From IMG/VR virus record IMGVR_UViG_3300025834_000005: a stretch of 64,000 nt of DNA; one strand, given 5' to 3'. This document shows, one piece after another, positions 17,791-25,130 of the stretch. Position 1 is the stretch's first letter; every line of letters starts with the position of its first letter. This DNA is from a virus. Both the position numbers and the translations under genes were made by a program. The notes below the pieces were generated by a model. The model searched no databases and was not told where the DNA came from. It saw only the letters and a program-made list of their open reading frames with translations.

Positions 17791-18222
17791 ATGAAAATTC
17801 AAATTAACAGCCTTGCGGCTTTAGAACGTTTAATCGGCGGTGATAATGACGTCGAGATCGAAATCAGAAAATCTGTTGTCGAAAACTTCATGAAAAAACA
17901 TATCAATGCCATTGCTAACAGTAAAGTTACGGAAGGTATTAAGACTGAAATCATGAACACATTGGTGACGAATCCGACAGGTTATAGGAGTGATGTCACT
18001 TTAACACCAAAAGCTAAAGAACTTTTCGCATCTGAAATCGATCATCAATTCAGAAGTATTGTTCGTGAATCTTTCAACGAATATATGTCAGCTAATGGTA
18101 TTGATCAGCTGATTAAAGATAAAGCAGCTTATATTGAACAGGAATTGACTGACAGAATTCTCGATAACAGAATTGAGCGAGAAGTTGATCTGGCGATTAA
18201 AAGAAGATTAAATTTAAAATAA
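17791..18222 (+). CDS. hypothetical protein
   Basis: ORF track. Confidence 0.65.
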   Translation: MKIQINSLAALERLIGGDNDVEIEIRKSVVENFMKKHINAIANSKVTEGIKTEIMNTLVTNPTGYRSDVTLTPKAKELFASEIDHQFRSIVRESFNEYMSANGIDQLIKDKAAYIEQELTDRILDNRIEREVDLAIKRRLNLK

Positions 18223-18234
18223 TTCATTTATTTT

Positions 18235-18264
18235 TGTAACCTTTTTATTTCAATTACGTATAAC
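18235..18264 (+). promoter_or_regulatory. phage promoter-like bipartite motif
   Basis: TGTAACC 18235; TACGTATAAC 18255; ATG 18301. Confidence 0.7.
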
Positions 18265-18300
18265 ATAGAAACAATTTAATAACAATTAATAATTATAACA

Positions 18301-18837
18301 ATGAAAAGTAAATTTTTAGGATTTTTTATGATCGCCATTATGGGAATTATGTTAATGGCTTCAAGTTGCGTTGAGACAGAGCAAAAAGAAACAGTCTCCC
18401 AGAGTGGTGTGAAAAAGGCTACCGTCACCGTTAAAACCGACTTAAATGGTAACACAACCGAGCAAGTTCATGTGCAACAGCGACTTATCGAAGACAACAC
18501 GCCTGGAAGTATTAAGCATTTATACATAATTTCGGCTTATTCTGGTCAGGTTATTCTTTACTCAACGGTAAAAAGCAAAGTAACTTCAAGCGGTAAAAGA
18601 CTAAACCCAACATCATTAGCATATACAGCAGGTCAAAGTTCAGGACAATGGTATAATCCAGACCTTATTCAGGATGATGGAACATATGGTAATAGTATTG
18701 AATACATTTATTGGTGGGATTCTAAAAACATCTATCATCAGCAGTACATTACTGGCGGAATGATTCTACATATCAGTAATCAGCCAATTGCCGTTAAATC
18801 GATCACATTAAACCTCGAAACTAATTCAAGTAACTAA
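18301..18837 (+). CDS. putative lipoprotein
   Basis: Signal peptide ending LMASSC. Confidence 0.65.
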   Translation: MKSKFLGFFMIAIMGIMLMASSCVETEQKETVSQSGVKKATVTVKTDLNGNTTEQVHVQQRLIEDNTPGSIKHLYIISAYSGQVILYSTVKSKVTSSGKRLNPTSLAYTAGQSSGQWYNPDLIQDDGTYGNSIEYIYWWDSKNIYHQQYITGGMILHISNQPIAVKSITLNLETNSSN

Positions 18838-18838
18838 T

Positions 18839-19312
18839 ATGAGAAAAATCATTTTATGGGGATTATTAATCCTTGTCGGTCTGTTCTTCGTGAACATTAT
18901 CTTTAAAACTTGCAGCACTGCCAATAAAATGGTTGACAATGGCTTCAAGACAGCTTACGAGCAGTTTAAGCCAGAAGTGCTCTTGAAGAAATATGAGTGG
19001 TTTAAGGATGCTGCATCGCAGTGCGATCAGAAAATTGCCACACTCGGAACATACGATACCCGATTCAAAGAACTGAAATCAACATATGGTGCTGACAGTA
19101 CGAAAAGAAAGTCATGGGCACGTGATGACAGGGAACAGTGGAATGTATGGCAATCTGAATATCTTGGCTTAAAGGCAAGCTATAACGATCTATCAGCCGA
19201 ATACAATGCAGCTATGGTAAAATTCAATTATAGGTTTTGTAATGTGGGCGATTTGCCACAAGGCGCAACGGTGGTATTGCCAAGGAGTTTTAAGCCTTAT
19301 TTAAATAATTAA
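18839..19312 (+). CDS. membrane-anchored hypothetical protein
   Basis: N-terminal TM ILWGLLILVGLFFVNIIF. Confidence 0.65.
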   Translation: MRKIILWGLLILVGLFFVNIIFKTCSTANKMVDNGFKTAYEQFKPEVLLKKYEWFKDAASQCDQKIATLGTYDTRFKELKSTYGADSTKRKSWARDDREQWNVWQSEYLGLKASYNDLSAEYNAAMVKFNYRFCNVGDLPQGATVVLPRSFKPYLNN

Positions 19313-19328
19313 AAAAATCGCAAATATT

Positions 19329-19358
19329 TGTAACCTTTTTTAAGTTGCAACGTATAAG
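19329..19358 (+). promoter_or_regulatory. phage promoter-like motif driving an RNA gene
   Basis: TGTAACC 19329; AACGTATAAG 19349; tRNA-like element starts 19373. Confidence 0.65.
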
Positions 19359-19372
19359 TGATAAAGAATATG

Positions 19373-19439
19373 GGAGTTTTAGCTCAGTTTGATAGAGCGG
19401 TAGAAATACAGGTCAGAGGTTTGAATCCTCTACACTCCC
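19373..19439 (+). ncRNA. tRNA-like element lacking an anticodon arm
   Basis: Acceptor GGAGTTT/ACACTCC (1 mismatch). D arm GCTC-AGTTTGATA-GAGC. T arm AGAGG-TTTGAAT-CCTCT. Variable region AGGTC. Anticodon arm replaced by GTA-GAAA-TAC (19400-19409). Confidence 0.55.
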
Positions 19440-20157
19440 ACTTAGACATGAGTCTACAATAAATACGTTCTTTGAAAATATTTAAATGTTATGGATATTA
19501 CCCGAAGTAATGAGGATAGAGAAAGCTGAGCGATGGCTCATAAAGTCGATGGCAAGTAATGATGTGTAATAAAATCAACTTGATCAGACTCCCGATTGAA
19601 TAATGGACGGACTAAGTGCATATCTCTCAAAATCCATAGTATAAACTTTTCTGCTTGAAGCAATTAGCATAAGATCGTATTAAATGTTACGTGAGTGTAG
19701 ATGTATGCAGATATCGTTAATTGTGTAAAGGATAATTGGTGTAAGCGATGGCTGACGAACAACATTGTGATGAACTTTGCGTATAGGTCGTTTACGGTTA
19801 TTTCCCTGCAATGGACGGAAAAGTTTAAAACATTGTGAATTAAAAACAGGCGTAGTATCATAAAGGCATCTATGTATGTCACGCATAGACTTATCGCCGA
19901 TTGTCAATTTGATACAGTTCACATCACATAATAATCCTGATTTAACAGGATGTTGATAGAGAAATCTAAAGTAAAAATCCATCTGGTAAATGGTATGATT
20001 CGAAGTAGTATAGTGTGTCACTAACCATGAACATTATGACGTTGAAATCTGGGTAAATCGAAAAGAATCACGCTGTTGTTGACATTTCATAGGAGTTCGA
20101 AGCTCTGAAAAATTTGTTGTATCAGCAGACCATCAACGGGGCAACCCTATTTTTTTT
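19440..20157 (+). ncRNA. ORF-free tract 1 (~0.72 kb), candidate large structured RNA
   Basis: No + strand ORF of 60 aa or more in an otherwise tightly packed genome. Lies between a promoter plus tRNA-like element and GGG-GCAA-CCC + T8 (20138-20157). Shares blocks with 20498-21110. Confidence 0.5.
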
Positions 20158-20177
20158 ACAAAATAATGTGTTATTTT

Positions 20178-20207
20178 TGTAACCTTTTTAAAGTTGTTAC
20201 GTATAAC
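20178..20207 (+). promoter_or_regulatory. phage promoter-like bipartite motif
   Basis: TGTAACC 20178; TACGTATAAC 20198; ATG 20226. Confidence 0.7.
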
Positions 20208-20225
20208 ATAGAAACAATAATAATC

Positions 20226-20348
20226 ATGTTAAGTTTACCAGAAGAAAAAGATAGCATTTGGGATAAAAGAAGCTCAGCAAAAGTACGTAGCGATGCAAAA
20301 CATAAAGCTTCGTGTGCTAAAGCTCATTCCAAACGAAAAAGAAAATAA
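20226..20348 (+). CDS. small basic protein (40 aa)
   Basis: Track ORF 20166.. trimmed to ATG 20226 after the promoter motif; Lys/Arg/Ser-rich. Confidence 0.45.
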   Translation: MLSLPEEKDSIWDKRSSAKVRSDAKHKASCAKAHSKRKRK

Positions 20349-20353
20349 AATAT

Positions 20354-20497
20354 GGGCGTGATTCAGTCAACAATGTTTTCAAATCGCATGCAGATAAAAA
20401 ACGTTGTCGGAGAGTTTTCAATGTGAAAGTATAAGAATATCGATAATTCTTTATGATAATATTGATAAAGGGGTTCGATTCCCTACACTGTCCACCA
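20354..20497 (+). ncRNA. tRNA-like RNA with encoded CCA (resembles a tmRNA tRNA-like domain)
   Basis: 5' GGGCGTG pairs with 3' CAC(T)GTCC, including a G3-U pair. T arm GGGG-TTCGATT-CCCT. Ends ...TCCACCA. No D stem or anticodon arm; ~95 nt internal. Confidence 0.4.
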
Positions 20498-21110
20498 TGA
20501 GGGCTTTAGAGGGTATGCATACTTTCAAAAGTTATTGATTGCCAAGTCTAAAACGCCGAGATATCTAAGGCGATAAAGATTATAATCTCTAAAACTCAAC
20601 AGAATTATCATAGAATGATTGAAGTAGTACAAGTAGAAGGCGATGTGGGTATATGCATGTATTCCAAGTAGTTCAGGCAACATTAGTCCATGATGAATAC
20701 GTAGTTATTATGGGTGAGTAAAATAATCTTCAATCATTTTTACATTATTAAAAATAAGTTCAGTTCTGCTTAAAGCAAATAGCAACAAGGCATATATTTC
20801 ACATGAAAGTGTGAGCAGTGGATGTTGAAGATCAATACCAGATCGTTATTTGTGGAGAGTTCAGGCACTGCCAGAGGGTAGGTTAGCCAAATTATGACTT
20901 GGTAAGTTAGACCAGAAATGTTCTTTAAAAGGTTTGCGATGTGGTTCGAATGCTAAGAGCGATAATAGAACTATTTTGGTTTGTGGTATACCAAGAGACG
21001 ACAAAATCCTACAACTCGGTCTTATAAATCGAGGACAGGTGTAAACCACTGCATAAGTCAGCTTGTCGGCGAAAATCCGATCATCGCAAATCTTTTTTTA
21101 TTTAAAAACT
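20498..21110 (+). ncRNA. ORF-free tract 2 (~0.6 kb), candidate large structured RNA
   Basis: No credible + strand ORF. Blocks 20764-20784 and 20811-20859 match 19649-19669 and 19691-19731. T-rich end at 21094-21100. Confidence 0.5.
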
Positions 21111-21118
21111 TTAGAATT

Positions 21119-21424
21119 ATGTTAGAAGCAAAAGAAGCACGTTGTCGTGTTGTTCACTGTAAAAAAGAACCATATGACATTTATATTGGCAGACCAAGCA
21201 AATGGGGAAATCCATTCACGCATTTAAAAGGCTCTACGCAAGCGAAATATACAGTCGAAACCAGAGAAGAATCTATTGAGGCTTTTCGTGATTGGGTTGT
21301 AAATGGTGAAGGAAACTATCTTATGGCTGACTTACACGAATTAAAGGGTAAAACATTAGGATGCTGGTGTAAACCATTATCATGTCACGGCGACATTCTT
21401 GCTGAATTAGCTGATAATATTTGA
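21119..21424 (+). CDS. DUF4326-like protein
   Basis: Track ORF trimmed to ATG 21119; YIGRPSKWGNPF...GCWCKPLSCHGDIL. Confidence 0.7.
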   Translation: MLEAKEARCRVVHCKKEPYDIYIGRPSKWGNPFTHLKGSTQAKYTVETREESIEAFRDWVVNGEGNYLMADLHELKGKTLGCWCKPLSCHGDILAELADNI

Positions 21425-21440
21425 ATAATCGCATATTTAT

Positions 21441-21626
21441 ATGGGACGCACACATGAGGATTTTGATAAATTCACAACACAGGATTTATTTGATGAAATT
21501 TTAAGTATGGAAAGCGGCGATCTATACGACGGCTGTAGCAGTAAAGGACTACAACGTGAGCAAAATGCCGCAAAAAAAGTGTTCGGAGAACGAATGCAAA
21601 AATTAGGAGTTGATTGGATTTTATAA
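21441..21626 (+). CDS. hypothetical protein
   Basis: ORF track. Confidence 0.5.
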   Translation: MGRTHEDFDKFTTQDLFDEILSMESGDLYDGCSSKGLQREQNAAKKVFGERMQKLGVDWIL

Positions 21627-21635
21627 ATTTTACAC

Positions 21636-21956
21636 ATGATTTTGAAAAAAGTGAAAACGATTAAAACAACAACAATAATTACAATACTTTCGCTATTATT
21701 AGCAATTGGATTGTATTCAGTTTACAACGTTGTTGACAGCCATAATAGATATACGCTTGCTCTCAATGAGAACCGTATTGCTGTTACGAATGCAATTAAC
21801 ATAACAATGAAAGAGGCGCAAAATGCGGCATATCTTCAAGGTGTTATTGATGGCAAAAATGGAACAATAAAAAAGGAATTTAAAGGTGGGACATATAATT
21901 TTTATCTACCGTTAATTAAAGATTCGCTTGAAGCGAGAATCAATAGTATAAAATGA
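21636..21956 (+). CDS. membrane-anchored hypothetical protein
   Basis: N-terminal TM TTTIITILSLLLAIGLYSV. Confidence 0.6.
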   Translation: MILKKVKTIKTTTIITILSLLLAIGLYSVYNVVDSHNRYTLALNENRIAVTNAINITMKEAQNAAYLQGVIDGKNGTIKKEFKGGTYNFYLPLIKDSLEARINSIK

Positions 21957-22026
21957 AGATAACAGAATCAGCGAGTTTGATCACTTGGGATTCGGGGAAT
22001 AGTTGATGAAGTATCAGGAATAAGGT

Positions 22027-22057
22027 TTTCGATTGAAAGATGATCATCGAAATTTTT
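22027..22057 (+). terminator. hairpin + T-run
   Basis: TTTCGAT 22027-22033 pairs with ATCGAAA 22046-22052, followed by TTTTT. Confidence 0.55.
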
Positions 22058-22085
22058 GAGTAGTTGACTATTTTTTGTAAATAAT

Positions 22086-22218
22086 GGCAGAATAGCGGAA
22101 TTGGTAAACGCTATATCAGAACTATGGGCGACGTTTAACGATAAGGCAAACCCTAAATGTTTGATATAATCAGGGACTTATCGCTCTGAATTTATTGGTT
22201 CGAGTCCAATTTCTGCCA
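22086..22218 (+). tRNA. tRNA-Leu(UAA)-like gene, expanded to 133 nt
   Basis: Acceptor GGCAGAA/TTCTGCC. D region GCG-GAATTGGTAAA-CGC. T arm ATTGG-TTCGAGT-CCAAT. Anticodon hairpin CAAAC-CCTAAAT-GTTTG (22147-22163, C at position 33). 34 extra nt after the D arm; ~30-nt variable region. Confidence 0.55.
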
Positions 22219-22290
22219 CAGGTCGGGTCATAACCGAATGAACTTTGGAGATCGAGGTAGCCAAAGAGAGATTGAAAAAATGCTCGACCA

Positions 22291-22381
22291 GTCGAAGTAG
22301 CTCAGTTGGTTTAGAGCACCAGCATCGGTCTACGTTTACGTAACGTGTAGGGGGTCAGGGGTTCGAGTCCCTTTTTCGACA
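22291..22381 (+). tRNA. tRNA gene with a 16-nt insert in the anticodon-stem 5' strand
   Basis: Acceptor GTCGAAG/TTTCGAC, with canonical D and T arms. Deleting 22321-22336 gives stem CCTAC/GTAGG and loop GTAACGT (anticodon AAC). The unspliced alternative has a TTACGTA loop (ACG). Confidence 0.55.
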
Positions 22382-22467
22382 CAATGCAGTATTCTCCGAA
22401 AGGAACGAGCATTAGTAGTAACATAGTCAGTGAGGTTCACACTATAGTTTTAGCAACTGACAATCAT

Positions 22468-22647
22468 AGAGCTATGCAGCAGGGGAACTGTTGTACCTAT
22501 TTATAGGATGGCAATGATGCAGAACGGAGTTATCAAATGGATTACATTTAGCTAATGTTTCCATTTAACCAATCTGTAATCATAAATAAAAATAGCAAAT
22601 GCGCATTTGCTTATTTTAGCCTTTGGGTTCGACTCCCTTTAGCTCTG
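22468..22647 (+). ncRNA. tRNA-like gene of 180 nt with a ~106-nt internal expansion
   Basis: Perfect 7-bp acceptor AGAGCTA/TAGCTCT. D arm CAGC-AGGGGAACT-GTTG. T loop GGG-TTCGACT-CCC. Short hairpin CCTA-TTTA-TAGG where the anticodon arm should be. Internal hairpins at about 22533-22567 and 22595-22612. Confidence 0.4.
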
Positions 22648-22735
22648 CATAAAGGAAGAGGCGGTTCATAAAAATCTGGAAAATCCAGATACCGAGAAGT
22701 ATAAAAAATTCTTCTTCCGATTAAAGTATTAATAC

Positions 22736-22777
22736 ACCTTCCATGCCTCTCCACGATGCACACTTGGAAGGTTTTTT
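22736..22777 (+). terminator. hairpin + T-run closing the tRNA-like cluster
   Basis: ACCTTCCA 22736-22743 pairs with TGGAAGGT 22765-22772, followed by TTTTT. Confidence 0.5.
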
Positions 22778-22781
22778 CTTT

Positions 22782-22811
22782 TGTAACCTTTTCAACTTTA
22801 TTACGTATAAC
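22782..22811 (+). promoter_or_regulatory. phage promoter-like bipartite motif
   Basis: TGTAACC 22782; TACGTATAAC 22802; ATG 22827. Confidence 0.7.
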
Positions 22812-22826
22812 TTAGAAAATATTTAC

Positions 22827-23339
22827 ATGAAAACATTAGTAATACATCCATCAGATCGGTCTACAGACTTTTTAAAGGTTATCTACATGGATAAGGATTG
22901 GACAGTTATAAATGACGTAAGAGTATCTAAAAGACAGCTAAAAATGCAAATAATGGCACATGACCGTATCGTTATGCTTGGTCATGGCAGTCCTGATGGT
23001 TTATATGCGCAAATGAGACTCATGATCGATTCGACATTCGTTCAATTCTTAAGGAATAAACAATGCGTATGTATCTGGTGTAACGCTGACTTATTTGTTC
23101 ATAGGTACGGTTTAAAGGGTTTTTATACTGGTATGATTTTATCCGATACATTTGAGTGCAACCTATATAGCGTAATGCATACCTTTGAGCATTTAATGGA
23201 GTCTAACGACTTATTTCCAACAGCTATCAAAGCAGCTATAGACTCTGACGATATGATTGGAATTTCCAAGTCACTGTATCATAGCGATGTAAACCCTGTC
23301 ATATATTTCAATCAGAATAATTTGTATCAAAATCTGTAA
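22827..23339 (+). CDS. hypothetical protein
   Basis: Track ORF 22743.. trimmed to ATG 22827 after the promoter motif. Confidence 0.65.
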   Translation: MKTLVIHPSDRSTDFLKVIYMDKDWTVINDVRVSKRQLKMQIMAHDRIVMLGHGSPDGLYAQMRLMIDSTFVQFLRNKQCVCIWCNADLFVHRYGLKGFYTGMILSDTFECNLYSVMHTFEHLMESNDLFPTAIKAAIDSDDMIGISKSLYHSDVNPVIYFNQNNLYQNL

Positions 23340-23364
23340 CAAATGCAATTTCGTTACGTATAAG
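23335..23364 (+). promoter_or_regulatory. phage promoter-like bipartite motif
   Basis: TGTAACA 23335 (contains the stop); TACGTATAAG 23355; ATG 23370. Confidence 0.65.
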
Positions 23365-23369
23365 AGGAT

Positions 23370-23657
23370 ATGAATCAAAAATTAGAAAGGCTATTAAAAG
23401 GCGAAACATTCACTACAAGTGAGAAGGGTAATTCGATGATGCCTCTTATTAAATCAGGGCAAGATCATGTATTAGCACCTGTAAAACTTGACGAGCTTGC
23501 TCGTGGCGATATTGTTTATTGCAAGGTTAAAGGTAATTTTTACACACATTTGGTAAAAGCTGTGAGCACTGATAAAGGTGCGCTAATCGGGAATAATAAA
23601 GGTAATATTAACGGATGGACTAAACAAGTCTATGGAAGAGTAATTAAAATAATTTAA
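23370..23657 (+). CDS. S24/LexA-like peptidase domain protein
   Basis: GNSMMPLIKSGQ...GDIVY resembles the S24 GDSMxP core; weak. Confidence 0.5.
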   Translation: MNQKLERLLKGETFTTSEKGNSMMPLIKSGQDHVLAPVKLDELARGDIVYCKVKGNFYTHLVKAVSTDKGALIGNNKGNINGWTKQVYGRVIKII

Positions 23658-23659
23658 AT

Positions 23660-23833
23660 ATGAGAGAGATTAATAAAGCTGAAACCATTATGAATATCAT
23701 GGACAGCATTAAAAAGGATAAATCAACTGGTGTGGATATGGTTAAGTTAAAAGAAAAATTGAAAAATCCGACAGATGAATTCATTTCAAACATTGCAACG
23801 TATTACGGAGCAGAAATAGTTTACGAAAATTAA
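23660..23833 (+). CDS. small hypothetical protein (57 aa, below track cutoff)
   Basis: ATG 23660 lies 2 nt after upstream stop; read by hand to TAA 23831-23833. Confidence 0.5.
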   Translation: MREINKAETIMNIMDSIKKDKSTGVDMVKLKEKLKNPTDEFISNIATYYGAEIVYEN

Positions 23834-23840
23834 TAAAAAT

Positions 23841-24311
23841 ATGAAAGGAATATTTGACTGGCTTAGAACATCTGTTTTAAAATCGAAAGAAATTAAAGAT
23901 GATCAATTTGCCATAAACGCATTGGGTGCTGAACCGTCATTAGATTATAATGCAATGGCAAAGGAGTATAAAAAAACAGCCGCATCGGAAATGGCAATAG
24001 GCGATGTAATGTTTATCGCTATGGGACAGCCGCTTGAAACGAACATATCGCCAGAAGGCATGACTGCTTATAAATGGAAACCAGAGTCATTTGAGTTCTT
24101 ATTAACAATGGTCGATGAAATAAGCCGTCGAGTTGGCAAACATTCGTCATTCAAATCCACTGTTTATAAAAACGGTACGATACCTTCGAAATATTTCTCA
24201 TACTACTGGTATCACGAAACGCCTATAATCTCATTATCCTGTATTTGCAGCGAAATAGGTAAAAATAAGCCTGATCGTATTGATGTACTATTAATTGTAG
24301 CACCAAAATAA
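23841..24311 (+). CDS. hypothetical protein
   Basis: ORF track. Confidence 0.65.
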   Translation: MKGIFDWLRTSVLKSKEIKDDQFAINALGAEPSLDYNAMAKEYKKTAASEMAIGDVMFIAMGQPLETNISPEGMTAYKWKPESFEFLLTMVDEISRRVGKHSSFKSTVYKNGTIPSKYFSYYWYHETPIISLSCICSEIGKNKPDRIDVLLIVAPK

Positions 24312-24313
24312 TT

Positions 24314-24628
24314 ATGAACTACACAACATTAGGCTCTGTCACCAAATATCCTATGATTATTCAGCTAACGGATAATTTAGCGAAAATGAATGATAATCAG
24401 AGGATTTATATCACAAGTTTCGTCAACAGATTCCATATCGGAATACGGAATACTCGGCAAATAAAAGACACCAAATTTAGAGATTATGTGCTATCTTTAG
24501 TGCGAAAGGATTATCTATCGATGGTCGATGAATTCATGGAAAAGTATGATAATGAATCTATGACATATCTAAAGTGTTTTATAGTGGCAATAATAAGAAA
24601 TGAGACAACCCATGATACTTTTAAATAA
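24314..24628 (+). CDS. hypothetical protein
   Basis: ORF track. Confidence 0.6.
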   Translation: MNYTTLGSVTKYPMIIQLTDNLAKMNDNQRIYITSFVNRFHIGIRNTRQIKDTKFRDYVLSLVRKDYLSMVDEFMEKYDNESMTYLKCFIVAIIRNETTHDTFK

Positions 24629-24633
24629 ATTGT

Positions 24634-24663
24634 TGTAACCTTTTTCTTTTTAGTACGTATAAG
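24634..24663 (+). promoter_or_regulatory. phage promoter-like bipartite motif
   Basis: TGTAACC 24634; TACGTATAAG 24654; ATG 24676. Confidence 0.7.
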
Positions 24664-24675
24664 AAAATAAAAGCC

Positions 24676-25128
24676 ATGAAATTAAAATTACTTTTGGTCA
24701 CCATTATCATGTTTTTAGCAATTAAATCTGTTGTTGCTATTGAAAAACCATTACAGCAGATATTATCCGAGAAGTACGGAATGTATGAGAAGGTCGAAAT
24801 AGATACCGATGGTTACACTTCATACATATGGAAAACAGAATTACGTGATTACACTGAGGGCATGATTGAAACCATTAATGTATATGTTGGTGATCTACCC
24901 TATAATAAGGTAATCGGACGATACAATGGCGATGCTGTGCCAGCTGTTTCTGATATTACAGAATGGGAAAGTAGAACAATTTATGTCTCAATGGTAAAAG
25001 TATTTGGAAAACTTGAAGTAGATGGGATTAAATTTGAGGTGATGAGCTTATGTGTGATCATAAAAAATAAAAAAGGTGCGAAAAACACTAAGAATCAACA
25101 TACAGTACAAGAACGATTAAAAAAATAA
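24676..25128 (+). CDS. secreted or membrane-anchored hypothetical protein
   Basis: N-terminal signal LLLVTIIMFLAIKSVVA. Confidence 0.6.
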   Translation: MKLKLLLVTIIMFLAIKSVVAIEKPLQQILSEKYGMYEKVEIDTDGYTSYIWKTELRDYTEGMIETINVYVGDLPYNKVIGRYNGDAVPAVSDITEWESRTIYVSMVKVFGKLEVDGIKFEVMSLCVIIKNKKGAKNTKNQHTVQERLKK

Positions 25129-25130
25129 TT

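Noticed and set aside
19664-20021. Minus-strand ORFs 19664..19882 and 19680..20021 inside ORF-free tract 1
   Set aside because: They run antisense to the + strand gene train and no start context was evident to me. Their composition is Cys/His/Tyr-rich and looks random. The tract is better explained as RNA.
20385-20435. A tmRNA tag reading frame (GCA GAT AAA ... GTA TAA, or GCA TGC AGA TAA) in the 144-nt tRNA-like RNA
   Set aside because: The candidate tags do not end in the hydrophobic ...(L/V)AA-type C-terminus. There is also no room for the usual pseudoknots. I kept only the 'TLD-like' description.
20861-21118. Minus ORF 20861..21049 and the N-terminal extension of track ORF 20981..21424
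   Set aside because: The DUF4326-like homology begins only at ATG 21119. The upstream part lies in ORF-free tract 2 and has no protein-like features.
19440-21118. Group I intron interrupting a tRNA as the explanation for the large noncoding tracts
   Set aside because: In both cases the tRNA-like T arm and 3' acceptor strand lie upstream of the tract and contiguous with the 5' half, so the tract does not split a tRNA. I could not identify P3-P7 core elements by eye, so this remains formally untested.
22519-22649. First-pass model of the third tRNA-like gene, with acceptor GCAGAAC starting at 22519
   Set aside because: It needs a mismatch and has no D arm. The alternative 5' end at 22468 gives a perfect 7-bp acceptor and a proper D arm.
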